This document shows, in pieces, positions 1 to 12,715 of a stretch of DNA of 64,000 nucleotides. The notes below the pieces were generated by a model. That model did not search any database. It was not told the DNA's origin and saw only the letters and a list, made by a program, of their open reading frames with translations. The position numbers and the translations under genes are program-made. How positions within the stretch are numbered: the first letter of the stretch is position 1; the number at the start of each line of letters is the position of its first letter. The stretch comes from Ascidiella aspersa (Eukaryota). The stretch spans positions 22,878,001 to 22,942,000 of the forward strand of contig OZ004611.1 in assembly GCA_963924565.1 (NCBI GenBank), read 5' to 3'.

Positions 1-1454
1 GCAGACCCTTTGACCTCTGTTGCAGTTTCACCGTAAATTTCAGAGTTCTTTTGGGCAGATTTTTCTGTAGGCAGAAACATGGGAAAGTGGTTTAGGAAAT
101 TGAAAGCCGAAAAATTAGTTGCACAATGCGGCACGCAAAGTTACATTGAAAAACAATAGGTTAGGTACTGGTGAAAAGTAATAACAGTTGGCTAATTGGT
201 CAGTAAATTAACATGGAGTACAATTTAAAAGCAAATTCGAAAATCTTGCTAACCTGATGAAAAATTAAATGACTTGTAAGTCGAAAAGTGCATTTTATGC
301 ATCATATGTGTTTTGCCTTCATAGTTCTATTATTAGGTTAATGATTGGTAAAAAGTAATGAAAGTTGGCTATTGGTCAGAAAAGTAACATAGATTTCTTA
401 AATACAATTTAACAGCAAGTTTGAAAAATCTTGCTAACCTCACAAAAATAAATAATTTGAAATTTGAAAAGTGCATTTTAGGCATCATATATCTGTTCTG
501 CTTTTATAGTTTATTAGGTCTCTGGTAAACCACATCTTACCGTTACTTGCAAACATGACCATGACGTTAGTCTTTGTTCGTAGAAGCTTTTTGAAGCTTT
601 TGAGGTTGTCGATTTGCTGAACCCACTTCATTGGGTCTTTCTTTTTGGCGGAAACACTTGCCACAGCAAATGCCTTCAAAACAAATTTGGGAAATTGTTA
701 TTTACTGTTCAACATTTTTGCACGTTGAAAAGAACATTAAAAGAGCTTAATAATGAATCTCAAAATGAAATCTTGATAAAGACGTTTCAATACATTTTTA
801 AGCTACATTACAGATCTGTACATTGTGTACCTAACCATTAAAATACGATTGCTATTCAACTAACTTTTATATATCAAGTATGTATTTTAATAAAAGGCTG
901 TTTTAAAAATTTTTTTCTTAATACACATTTTATTACAGGATTCAATAACTTTCCGTCACAAACAATTCCACTCAAATCTCTCTTTTTATAAAAAATACAA
1001 ACCAGCAACCAGTGTTAGAATGACTTAAGTCACTGTTTTCAAATGACTTGACTTAAGTCTTTTGGACATTTGACTCGGGTTGAAAAGAAGTGTTTTGAGG
1101 TATTTATTTAAGGTTTCAACATACAACAAGTTGCTAGCTATATGTTGCGCTTTGTGTTACTTTTTAATTGAGGTATTGCTCATAGTGGACAAGTCCACCA
1201 ATTTTCAATAACCTAATTTGTACAGGGATTTGACTTGGAATTGACTTGCTCTAATTGTGACTTGACTGGGACTTTATTGTTATTTATTGCTTTGCACAAA
1301 GTAAAAAAAAATGCAATAATGTATGCTGCTAACCCACACTTTGGTTTAATAATTGATCTAGATAATATATTTATTTTTGTACAAGTTAAACAAAATGAAT
1401 GTAGTCTGAACTTACCGTAATCAGAAAAAACAAGCAAACTTTGGTAAACTCCAT
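1..1454 (-). CDS. PDIA5: Protein disulfide-isomerase A5-like, first three coding exons (1454-1416, 673-541, 64-1); gene continues beyond the left edge
   Basis: Hand-spliced GT-AG exons read MEFTKVCLFFLIT|AFAVASVSAKKKDPMKWVQQIDNLKSFKKLLRTKTNVMVMFASN|EKSAQKNSEIYGETATEVKGS. This gives a signal peptide plus the KKLLRTxxNVxV and xEVKG segments I recall from the PDIA5 N-terminal domain. Exon phases are consistent (39 and 133 nt). Confidence 0.85.
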
Positions 1455-1618
1455 TCTAAACTAAACTGGGTTTTGCACAAGGCAACCAGTTATTGAACAT
1501 AGGTTGGAAACTAAGTCCAAAAAAAAAATTAACCTAGAAAAACAAAATATTTAATTCAACAGCAACTATTAGTAGCTTCTTTAAATTGCTGTTTCCTTTA
1601 ATAATAAATAATTTTGGT

Positions 1619-1811
1619 GCTGGTTTAGAATCCTACTACAAAGAACATTATTTCGGTTAGAGTGCGGGTTTGCGTTTGGGTAGATTAAGCAATATTATTA
1701 AATAACAATACGTCACCCACCCTCATCCAAACACTAACGACACATTATCCAAAACATTGCGCGTTGCTTTGATATAATTATTTCAACGCTGTGGTAGGAT
1801 TCTAGACCAGC
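1619..1811. mobile_element. Short MITE
   Basis: ~22-bp terminal inverted repeats GCTGGTTTAGAATCCTACTACA / TGTGGTAGGATTCTAGACCAGC. AATTTTGGT occurs on both flanks (1610-1618, 1815-1823), a possible 9-bp TSD. Confidence 0.65.
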
Positions 1812-2125
1812 CTCAATTTTGGTACTATATGGCATAGTATCAACGTTCTGTAAATAAAAAAATGCGAATGATAATGTTTTTTTGGTGTTATACGGTTTTA
1901 ACTTCACAGATATAAAATCTATTTAAAATACTTGTTGCTACGTCTTGTTACGCTTGGTTGATTACAACTCGATACTTTTCCGCATTCGAGGACACGTGTT
2001 TTCCCACGATACGATTTCTACTGAACTATTTTAACGTTCGTACAAAGAGATTATATTAATCACTTTGGTTCGTATCAACAGCTATCATAATGGAAATATT
2101 GCAGTTTTTATGACTAACTTTTACC

Positions 2126-2514
2126 CAGGGAGTCGAAACGTTTGCTTTTTCCGGTTCAAGTTCTGTTCGCGTTCAAGGATTGTTTTGGAAAGCGGTTCAG
2201 ATCCGGTTTCGGTTCGAAGCAAATTAAAACTCTGGTTAAGTTTCGGTTTGACCATAAGTAAAAGGTTGCGTTAAACCTGAAAATGTTGGTCAATAAATGT
2301 TGAGAATAATGAGTAAATTTTAACTCGCATTAAATCTAATTTTCGTGACATATTAATAACCAAGTAGCTCATTATTGAAATATCTGAAAAATTAAGGCAA
2401 TGGTTTATTTAGTAAATATTAGTTTTTTTATAAAATTTCGAAAATGTAATAATTTTGACTCTCCTTAAAATCTTACAAAAAACGGTTCAGGTTTGGGTTC
2501 GGTTCGACTCCGCG
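2126..2514. mobile_element. MITE with GGTTC(G/A)-rich subterminal repeats; related partial copy at ~62603-62900
   Basis: Ends CAGGGAGTCGAA ... GGTTCGACTCC. The same 5' end and internal sequence recur at 62603. Confidence 0.6.
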
Positions 2515-3018
2515 GTTTTAAGTTTAATTTTTGTGTAGTTTAGGCTTAGAAAGTTCAGCGATAGCGAGTGTTAAGTGCTTTATTAATTTGTAGCGATAAC
2601 TGTAAGGTTTGGTACTGAAGGGGTAAGGTTACTTATGAATATGATTAGAACACTTTGCCTCGGTGAAGTTTCCTTACTCTTCAAGATGGGGGCAGAAGTT
2701 GTGGACAGTTGTTCATATCACTGTTGTCTGAGTCTGATACAGGTCCACACAGTATTTTTGGTTATAGGCCAGCAAGCAAGTCGTAAGCCTCAAGCGATAT
2801 TTATATTCATATAAAGCTCTTGCTTTTATAGAACTTTAGAAGATAAATCTACACGAAAAAGGCAACATAGACAGTATGATATTTACGTAATCAATAAGTA
2901 CATTATTCTAATATATTGCGTAGGCATAACACGTGATAAAGGCGAGGCAGCACAGCGTTTTTTTTCTTGCTTTTCTTTGGCACACGGAAATAAATTTTTA
3001 TCCTAATATGGCTTAAAC

Positions 3019-4002
3019 TAGTGGTCTCCAACCTTTTTAATAAGCGACCCCAATTTATAATTTACATTGCGACCCCATTTTTTTTAGATAGAAATAAATA
3101 CTGTATATAGTGTATATAATAATGGTGGAACTAAGTAACAGGAGCAAATATGTGTAAAATATACACATTTCCAGAGAACTGTGGCTATATATGTGCACCA
3201 AAATTATTACTTTTAGGTAGTTTTATTTAGGTTATGAACTTAAATTTAGCACACGAACTGAAACAAAAAAATATTTTGTTTTAACAAGTCCGATGGTTGC
3301 GCTTGCATAATGTCCACCAGTTTTTGAAAACGCGGCTCCACTTTACATAAGCATAACGGTAATGCTCTACTTCCAAGCGATTTACGATGTTTCGTTTTTA
3401 ATATGATCAGTGCGCTAAATTTCGTTAAACAAAGATGTGTGGTTGAAAACGGAAAGAGTAGTAGACTCACAAAATTGGACAGAGTCGGGTAAGTTAGTTG
3501 CATAAAAGTCCAAAAATAAATATTTATTTGCTGAATTCTTTGTAAAATAGCAGCTCTTAAGAGCTAAAAATACCTATTAACAAAATACATAAATCGTACT
3601 AAAACAGTAGGAAACATATGTACACACATATATGTGTGTACATATGTTTCATTGTATTATGATATGATACTGGCGATCCCCTTCATTATGAAGTTGCTTG
3701 TACTAACAGATTGAGCAAGCATTGGCGTATGGTTGTTTCTCGACTCGTTCCCTTCTGAGCCTGCATAGCTCAGTTGGTAGAGCGACGGTCCCGGCTTGAC
3801 CGGAGGTCGTGAGTTCGAACCTCACTGCAGGCTAGTTGTTTTTCTAGTCTGCTCTGCTTGCATCATTGATCGACAGATTCGGTGAGTCTGCAATGGCTTT
3901 TCGGTGTACTAAAACAGTAGGAATGCGATAAGTTTGGGCGACCCCAGAAAAAATTTAGGGGACCCCACTTTGGAGTCGCGACCCACAGGTTGGAAACCAC
4001 TG
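3019..4002 (-). mobile_element. Non-autonomous hAT (Buster/Charlie-type) element retaining a transposase C-terminal fragment
   Basis: TIRs TAGTGGTCTCCAACC / GGTTGGAAACCACTG; perfect 8-bp TSD GCTTAAAC (3011-3018, 4003-4010). ORF 3503-3246 YPTLS..LLFPFSTTHLC..FSAL..LKTKHRKSL..LCLCKVEPRF resembles the hAT dimerisation region of ZBED5/SCAND3-type proteins. Confidence 0.85.
3759..3833 (+). tRNA. tRNA-like sequence (pseudo-tRNA or SINE head) with an aberrant anticodon loop
   Basis: Perfect acceptor stem GCCTGCA/TGCAGGC, D arm GCTC-AGTTGGTA-GAGC, T arm GTGAG-TTCGAAC-CTCAC, and a downstream T-run. The anticodon arm CGGTC-CCGGCTT-GACCG lacks U33 and purine-37. Confidence 0.7.
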
Positions 4003-4429
4003 GCTTAAACAAAGGTCCTGAATTCACATAAACAGTAAACAATGCTTACGGATACAGCTTTTATCAAACTGAATATGTGTCATAACTCGCGGTTATTTCA
4101 CTAGGAGAAAGCTTTTGTCAGAAATGCTGTTTTTGCAGTTTTGGCAAAACTAGTTACTAAAAAAACGTTTTAGAAATTTTCCGTTGTCGCGCCGAATCGT
4201 TTGCCAAGCGAAAAATCGCTTGTCGCTTGAAACCTGACCTTGGAGTGCAGTGAATACGTTCTGCTGTTTGTGTAAATTTTTTGACTTTCCTGTTTGTTTT
4301 ATGAAAAATACGATTACTTGAGAAGTTTGGTATATATTTAATGCTTTCTTGGGGGCAAATATGCGAAATGACTGGCAGTTTGTGTAGATATACTTATTTA
4401 TTTCTGATTTGCCTTTTTTTGCAGTCAAA

Positions 4430-5048
4430 ATGGACGAACTTTTTGTTAATAAGGTAAAAGAGTTAACTTGTTTGTATGACACCAGTTGTCGTGATTGCCA
4501 CGATCGTACTGAAAAGGAAAACTGTTGGCAGCAAGTTTCAACTTGTTTAAATATTACAGGTTAGTAGTTTGGACTAAATTGTTATCAGTGTGACAGTACC
4601 TATGTCTGCTAGATACCTTATAATATTTTTATTTTATATGAACACATTATCAAATTGGTAAAAAGTTAATAAAGTATAAAAGCAGCAACAAAAATTCCAA
4701 CCTTACAAACATGCATTGATCATGTGTGTTAGTCATTTTTGATACTTGAGTTTATAGGCAGTACTGTAGTTATGTTCAAAGTACAGTTGTAGAATACAAT
4801 CAGCAGCACTTCAAACAGTAAAGAAGGCATCTATATTTTGATATAGTAGAATCTAAAACATTTAGTGTAAGTCTTTTCACTTTTTTTAATGAAAGATGCA
4901 ACAGACAAGTGGAAGACGTTGAGAGACAAATATGTCAAAATAAAAAAGGAACAACAACATTTGATCAGGATCAGGCTATAGTCCAATCCACAATTGGCCA
5001 TTGCTTGGAGCAGTGGCGTTTGTTGAGCCATTTATTCAACCGAGGAGG
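4430..5048 (+). pseudogene. Disrupted MADF/Myb-SANT-like gene, probably a PIF/Harbinger accessory ORF relic (exons 4430-4559, ~4896-5048)
   Basis: MDELFVNKVKELTCLYDTSCRDCHDRTEKENCWQQVSTCLNIT|DATDKWKTLRDKYVKIKK, then a frameshift and TGA before SGSGYSPIHNWPLLGAVAFVEPFI. LYD, W, WKxLRDxY and WP..F..PFI are MADF hallmarks. Confidence 0.7.
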
Positions 5049-7017
5049 TATTAGCTTTGGTTTATTACAAATAGCTTGGTTAACAGCGTGATATAGGGCG
5101 TACTGTACAACACAATAAATTAAATATTCATTGGTGCTACAGTACACCTTTTGAATTTCAGTGCTGTGGTATGCTTGTACGTTTTGTCAATGGGCCTACG
5201 TTTTGTCAATGGGTACGGCTTAACTTGCCCAGTTATTACTACTTTACCAGACATTGAAGGTCAGCCGTAGCATTAAATATAACTGATGTAATTTGTTACT
5301 TACGTTTTTTTGTTAAATGAGCCCCAATTTATATATTGGGGGTAAATCTGATATCCCTCTTTGTTAAAAGGGTAAAACATACAAAAAAGGTTTAAGCGCC
5401 GGACGCGGCCGTTTATGAAAACTTTTGCGGCCGTGAATGTGTTTACGAAAATAGAGGTGTTGGCGGCCGTACGACGTTCATACAAACTTGTTTTCACCTA
5501 ATACGCAAATTGGAATTTTTAAACATGTATAAAATTAGGCAGGGTTTTTACGTTATAGACCAGGCGAACATAAGTTTTTAATTGCTGGTCACCAGATTTG
5601 TTAAGAGCATTGAGAATGTGAGCAGGGGCGGATCCAAGAGGTCATCTGGCCACGAACCTCCAAAAAATACTGTAGCCTATTTTATAAAATATAGAAAATG
5701 GCCTCTTTCCCACTTTTGTAAAAGAGGCGTGTTTTCCCTGTATCAGAATATGGCTTGAAGCAGTCACGTTATTCTATATTCGCGATAATTAGGTTAATTG
5801 GCCTATAAATGCAATTTTCCTTAACCGTAAACCGAAGAGCGAATTTCTAACTTTCGATGCCCAGTAAAAATAACTCTTAGCAAGTAAAATATACCGTGAT
5901 TTATTTTATACAATGGGTTTAGGACGCACCTCTCTCATACTCCATTGAAAAAACAGCTATTTCTTCATTGAAACTAAGGCCGTAATACAATTTTTGAAAC
6001 GTCGCAATATTTTAAGAGGGTTGGAGTTTGAATTTAGGTTTGGGTGGTGCCAGGGTTAGCATTTTTGTTATAATGTGTACACTTATACATAAATAATTCG
6101 CGAATGCATTCAATGAGCTTAGTCCAGGCCGAAAAAGTTAAAGACCCGACTTAAAGTTATTGAAATTAGTCGGATTGACCGTTTTGCGAAACTGAAAGTA
6201 AATTCAATCACACATTATCTTGCAATCGTTGTAGTTCTAGTTGTTGAGCTATGATTGAATTGAATATATAATCCGGAAATCTATGTAGAGTAACAGTCCC
6301 AAAAGTGAAGCGCACATTTTAACATTTGGTAGGGCATTCCTCTTAAGCCTAATCTGACATTTATGTTGTTTTAGGGGATACCCTACTAAAATACTTCTCA
6401 TTAATGGTACAATAAAATTTACATCACAACCTCAAAAATAAAAGTTTGCAACAAAATGCTTAAATCCTACTTAAATCAAAATACTAAAAAACTGCTTAAA
6501 TTTTTTATCTTTCACTTTTAATCAACCACAATAGAAACTCAATTATGTAAATTAAATTAAGCATTTTAATCTTGTTATCCTCAGTGCTTACTGGTAAGAC
6601 TATACTTGGGTCAATTCCAGGCCCAATTTTTTACGGTTTCCTTCCTGACAAAACGTGTGAATTGCGGGGCACATCTTGCGGATTAAAGGTCGGGATTTTT
6701 TTTAATAACTTTGTAAATATAGCAATTTTTCTCTAATTATAGGTACTCGGCTGTATTCTATGCAAAAAAAGTCGTTACAACAAAGCACATACAAACGAAG
6801 ATGGTGTATCGTAATAGCCATATAGGGTTAACGGTTATGCCGCTTTCCTATTAAATTAAACCCATTATATGCCGCCGTTTTGCTTAAAACTTTCACCATC
6901 GTAAAATGTATAGTACCGTTGCCTGAAGGCTACACACTTGCACATTAGCCAGGGAAACATGCTGCATGTAAAAACATGCCGCACAGTGAATAAACTGAAT
7001 ATACTTCCAAAAGCGGG

Positions 7018-10000
7018 TCACAATACGAACATGTACCGGGACACAAACGCTGCAAACTGGTAAATCAAAACGTACGTCAAAATAAATAAAATAATGCCGG
7101 GATTTAGCAAACGGCGGTTGTACAAATCGCGTCGCCTCCGTTTGATTTTCATCGCCGAAGTGGGAAAAGAACCGTTCTGGAAAAAGTAGCCCAGCAGTTG
7201 CTCTTTTTCCTCGTAGAGCTTGTACATCCATTGCGTTAAATGCCGCTCGCGTTCTTGACGGTTTTTCGAAACACTTAGCACTTCGCTAGCCGGGAATACC
7301 CTGAAATTAACACGAATAAATTTATTTTCAGGCCTATAAAACACAATGACCTATACTGTAAATCAATGCTGATGCCACCATAGAAAATAAAATCGACAAT
7401 TTTTCGAATGTTTGCTTAGCGTTTTAAATTTGATGAAAGTTTTGTCGTTCCACGCAAGAAACCAGTACGAACATACCGGTACTAAGAAACTTGCTCCAAC
7501 AGTTTTCAGCTGTTGAGAGAATATTGGGCTTGGGGCCTTAAAGCTGTACAACACCATCATTTAATTACTTCTTGAACCGTTTAATCACTTATTTATTCCT
7601 TAGTGTGTATGTGGGTGAAAGGGTCATAGGATTTATAAATCAAACGATTTATACGGGTTATATGAAAAGTTAGACTTAACTGACTATAAAATTTTTCATC
7701 CTTCGTGTCGCAATTTAAATGACAAAAATATTTACAAAACTTGCCTGTAATGTAGTTCAGTTTCTTGCACTCCATCCCATGCAAAGATGAACTTAAGTGG
7801 GGAGACTGGTGCTTTGTAGCCAATAGTTACGTCCACAATCCAACCTAACTTAATTGAATCTGAACACAAAAATGTTCGATTTAAAACGAGGAAAATTATT
7901 CAGACTGATCTGGTTTATCAAATATATATAAACCTACAGTTAGTCAATTAGTATATATACAAGAAAATAATATTTGCATAATTTTATGTGAAACGTATTA
8001 AAAATACCTTTCTTAGCATCCATGTCGTATCGATTAAGTGCGTTAATTATTGACTCCGCGGCGCCAACGTGTGGTAGCGTGACGTTGTTCAATATCGGAA
8101 GTCCGTTCTTTCTTGCGTATCTTCGTAAATAAACACAAATGACAACCCACAGTTAAAAGTGGAGTAACGCGAATATAGACCGAGTCATGTCTGTGGCGAG
8201 AAGTTAAGTAATTATCAGGTTTATTGCAAGATTTGATCTCGGGCGAGAGTGTGTGTAAAGTACACGCAAAGGTGAGTACGCCAAAGCGTTTGCAAAACTC
8301 TCTATAGTTTTTTTTCTTGTGCCTCATGCATCTATTTAAATCAAATATTATAAAATGTAATTAATCAATAAACAAAGCAACAAAATGTTTGTTACGTTTT
8401 ATAAAATGCAATATTCATTATAGCAGTTTGCTACCTCCTGTCATTGTCCCTCAACTCTTTGTGCCCCCTTACTCAAGTTTTGCGGAAAAAAAGATTTAGG
8501 CAATCGATAAAACTGTTGCTTTTTAAGGCGGTTTGCAGTAAGATTGCATGGAGCGTCACTGTTGCATTATGAGCAATATTTTTACAAGAGGCCACTCATT
8601 TAGAGATTTGCAATCGAAACATAAACGCAGCGGCCGAGTCACAGAAAAAAGCTTTACCTCTGGCTGCTTTCTTTTCGTTTATAGAGGAAGCCACCCTCGG
8701 GAAACAGGACGATCCACTTGTGCTTTCCCTCGACCACAAACTGGGTAACGTCCTTGTGAATTTGCACGCACGGGTCGTACTGCGGTCCTATAACGCTGGG
8801 CTGGCTTCTGTTTACCTACAAAGCAAAAATTATTCATTAAAAGAGCAAGGTTGGTCGGTATATTAAATGCCAGATGTCAAGCAGTAGTATCGAGTGTGAA
8901 AAACTAGGGCGATATAAGTGTAGATCCGATATCTAATCTATTTGGTTTTATGTTTTTAAAGTTATTTTTTTTTTTGAAAAATAGAATATTCCCAATATAA
9001 CTAAGTTTCAAAATCCCCACACATCTATTTGTCTTAGTCATCCGGAAAATGTTACGTGCACAAGTTTCGATCAATTTGCTTAATTGGCCATGATAATTAC
9101 GTCATATAGCATAGGTTCGTCAGTACTTTGCCTTACACATAGGGTGTCGTTATCGGAATAAAACAGAAAGTATCGGACAATTCTAATAGTCGGTTAGATT
9201 GTTAGCATGATTTAGTTCGAACGTGGATTTAGCTCCGTTTATAAGAGTGGCGTAAATGCTTTGTAAAGTTCATTAAAAAAATACCTATGTATTAACGGCC
9301 ACATCTTGCAACCTCCGAATCGTTTAACATAAAATAGTCATGTAAATGCTTAAAAAAATGGTCGCAACCTTTCGAACGAACGAGGTCCCGTGGCAGTAGC
9401 TGATAAATCCGAAGTGAATGTACTTGAACCACCATTCCATGATGAATGTAATTTTGTGAAGCACATTGCGATTCTGAAAGAAAAATAAAGCGCTGTTATA
9501 TTTTAAAATGGCTAACATAAACATTTGTTCATCAGGTGTTTTAATCAATATATACGTTTTTTTGACGCTTTTCGAAAAACGCTTGCGTAGCTTGCCTTTG
9601 TTATTCAGGTCTATTGTATATAGGACACATGTATTTGGTCACTTATGTATAAAACTAACGGTGGCCTTAGATTGGCTGAAAGCCAAAATGTTTATCGCAT
9701 GTACGATGTAGAATAAAGCAAATTTCAGTCGCATTTTTCTAACCGCTTGCCTAGATTACATTTCCTTTCATTGTTTTGCGTCGAGATAAACGCAGAGCTG
9801 CGCAACCTTAATCCACTTGCGGGACACAAACAAAGCTAAAACGATTTTGCAGCACACGTACGAAATGTATGTCGATCGACAATAGACAACTTGTTTTGGT
9901 ACAAACTAACGCCAGCCTTAGATTCGTATAAAGCTAAAATGTTTTATCGCTTGGACGATGAAGAATGTAGCTGTTTCTAAAAAATAACATTTTAGTCGCA

Positions 10001-12044
10001 GTTTTCTAACCGTTTGGCTATATATCAAGGGTGGCCAACACGCGGCTTTTTACCCAGTTTTGTGCGGCTCTTACGTTCATGTTGCACTTAGTTTTTTTTA
10101 ATGTTTCGATTTCGTTCGGTTGAGTTGTGGATTTTTGCTGGTTCCGACTCGGACGGTTTGCCTTAGGCCATTGTGTTATTGTAACATTTTTAAAACAAGA
10201 TAAACGACAAAAGTATGCTCAAATATTATTAATAAATGCCATTATATTGCGAAATGTGCGTCGCGTCTCCTTCTGAATTAAAATTTTGCATATTTAACCA
10301 AAAAAGCACGTTTTTTTGCGCATCGTGCGATCGCTTTGTGGCTGTGGTCAAGAAATGGAATGATAGGCTATTCTTTTTTCTATGTGTGAGGTGTGGCTCT
10401 TTGCGTTTAACCAAGTAAGAAATGCGGCTCTTGGTATCTGGCTGGTTGGCCACCTGTGCTATATACCATTGTTTCGTGTCGAGCTTAGCGCCAGGGTAAC
10501 CTCCTACTGTCATTTTACAGACTTTGATTCTTCTTTTTCAATGAACAGATAAAAACCAAAACGTTGAATAAACTTTAGGAACGATATAGTCTCAAACTCA
10601 AAGTAATGTTATAAGTTTTCTGATAGAACTCTATTATCATGATAGAACTCTCTTGCCATGAAAATATGTCTTGAAAAGCGTGTAATTTGACATCCTTGTG
10701 AAGCATTAGAGAACCACAAAAAATCGACATTTAAAAATTGTATCCCTATAAAAGTACGTACCTGAAATGCAGTAAGCAACAATGGAACGTCAATCATGTT
10801 CTGATGATTCGGCATTGCTAAAACCACATCGTCATCTGGAATTTTCGACAAGTCATCTCCGCTTTCATAAACTACAAAATGTTAGATGTTAATATACAGA
10901 CCGTTTAGAAAATATAGGTACAAAACATGAGGCACGATATATTTTTCGCCGGATGAACATAATATAAAATATATATTAGTTTTATCAGAAACAAAACCTT
11001 TCTTCTCGGTTGCAAATTTATTCACAAGTTTGGCCGAGAACAGCAGTTTTTTTAAGTTGTTTGGTTTATCAAACAGTGGGTCCAATGAGTCGCGAAAGCT
11101 ATTTCAGGTGGGTCGTAAAGCATTTCTAAATGTTACAGTTCTCTATTAGATCGGGAAATTATGCATTACCATTACCTAACATTTATGCATCAATATCACA
11201 AATACGTAACTATTAGATGTGTCGTGTCGCATTACCTATTTTAGTATGTACGCCAGTAGACGATGCAGGTTTTATGTAACTCAGATATTTGTTTCGTCAT
11301 ATTCATTGTGGGTCGCTAGTTTTGTTTTACATTCACATTATTGGCAGCACTGAAGAAAATCGACACTTACTGATTTGTCCCGGAAGGATTAGGTGTAGTG
11401 CCCCGAGTGCAACAGCGAACTCAAACAGTTTGCCTTCAAGCTTCCAGTACAGGTCGAACGAGAAAAGTCGGATGGGCTACAATAAAAAAACTGATCGCTA
11501 AACATTTGTATAAAAAACGCCTATATTGTATGAATATACGTAGTAAGAATAGCAAAGCCCATACAGGAATAAGTATTATTTTAAACGTTTATTTTACTAG
11601 TGTCTTACTACAACTTACAAACCATTATGCTCCACTGTATGAATACTTGCTTAAAAAATGTAAGCGCACTTTCTAAATATAGTATATAATTTACAACTTT
11701 TCGTTCGTTGTTTTTTTTTTAAATACAACAAGAAAACAGAAACACAAAACGCGCTTATCAGATTTATCTGCAATTTTGGCGGTTTCATTGATTTTAAAAA
11801 GATTAATAAGGATCAAGAATGTCGCATCAACATAAAGTACAAATTTTTTCGTAAGTAAAATCTTAACTAGAATGTTAATATACATTAGCGAAATAAACTA
11901 CTCGTATTACAAATGATATGCAAGTACTTTCAAATGACTTACCTGAAGCACTAGAAACCAGAAGAGATAAACGAAAGGACTAAGTATGTTTAACACTAAA
12001 TAAACGAAAACCAACGCCAACGCCGGAGTCCTTCCGAATATCAT
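7018..12044 (-). CDS. LPGAT1: Acyl-CoA:lysophosphatidylglycerol acyltransferase 1-like, 8 exons (12044-11943, 11476-11371, 10871-10762, 9473-9369, 8815-8658, 8120-8008, 7859-7745, 7300-7018), 363 aa
   Basis: The exons splice in frame (1092 nt). Acyltransferase motifs NHQNMID (HX4D) and WIVLFPEGGFL are present, along with LPGAT1-like segments FKYIHFGFISYCHG, NGLPILNNVTLP, WIVDVTIGY, HYRVFP and EKEQLLGYFFQNGSFP. N- and C-terminal hydrophobic helices. Confidence 0.92.
10026..10458. mobile_element. hAT-type MITE in an LPGAT1 intron
   Basis: Ends CAAGGGTGGCCAAC / GTTGGCCACCTGTG; TSD CTATATAT / CTATATAC. Confidence 0.7.
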
Positions 12045-12193
12045 GTTTATTCAGGAAAAACCTTAGTTGGGTCACAGTGTATTAAGCGCTAAAAACATAA
12101 CGTATTTTCGGTATTTTAATATTTGCTGGAATTCTTAAAAAGGTAGAATATTGCAACGAAATAGTAATTTTATAAACTTAAAAAAAGTAATAC

Positions 12194-12715
12194 CAGTGTT
12201 GTAATGACTCAAGCTAATACCGACTTAAGTGTACTAATTTGATTGCCTTTCAATGACCTGACTTGACTTAAGTCTTTTGACCCTCTTCTTGACTTAACTT
12301 AAGTCTTTTGACCCTCTTTTTCACTGGACTTAAGTCTTTTGGGCAAATGACTTGAGTTGGACTTAAGTAACTGAGTTAAAATACGTAGGTTAAAATCAAG
12401 AGTTTTTACAAAATGTATTTTATGAAATTGATTTCTTATCTCAATATCTGCACGTAGAACAGTTTACTAGCTATATTTGTGTTTTTGTTATTTTTAGTTG
12501 AGATGTTGCTCATTATCGGACGAGGTTACCATCTTTATTAGTTAACGTTTTGTTTGTGTACTAATGACTTAACTTAAAGTTGACTTGCTTTAATAATGAC
12601 TTGACTAAGACTGCTGATATTTCGCGAAAGATTTGACTGGTTCTTCATTTAAAAAAATGAATTGTTAAACTTAAAAAAGGACTTGTCATTTAAAATGTCT
12701 TGTGAACAATAATGC
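12194..12715. mobile_element. GACTT(G/A)ACTTAAGTC-rich MITE family; related copies at ~1010-1300 and ~26899-27170
   Basis: All three copies start CAGTGTT and share the repeated GACTTGACTTAAGTC motifs and the internal GCTCAT..GGAC..CCA segment. Confidence 0.6.

Noticed and set aside
3759-3833. Functional tRNA-Ala(GGC)
   Set aside because: The loop lacks U33 and purine-37, the acceptor stem has no G3:U70 identity pair, and the sequence sits inside a transposon insertion.
8043-8327. 94-aa minus-strand ORF as an LPGAT1 exon
   Set aside because: Wrong frame. The real exon is 8120-8008 in another frame that matches LPGAT1.
1-12044. Functional linkage of PDIA5 or LPGAT1 to the Cys-rich cluster
   Set aside because: Adjacency only. 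Multi-kb intergenic gaps give no evidence of an operon or co-regulation.
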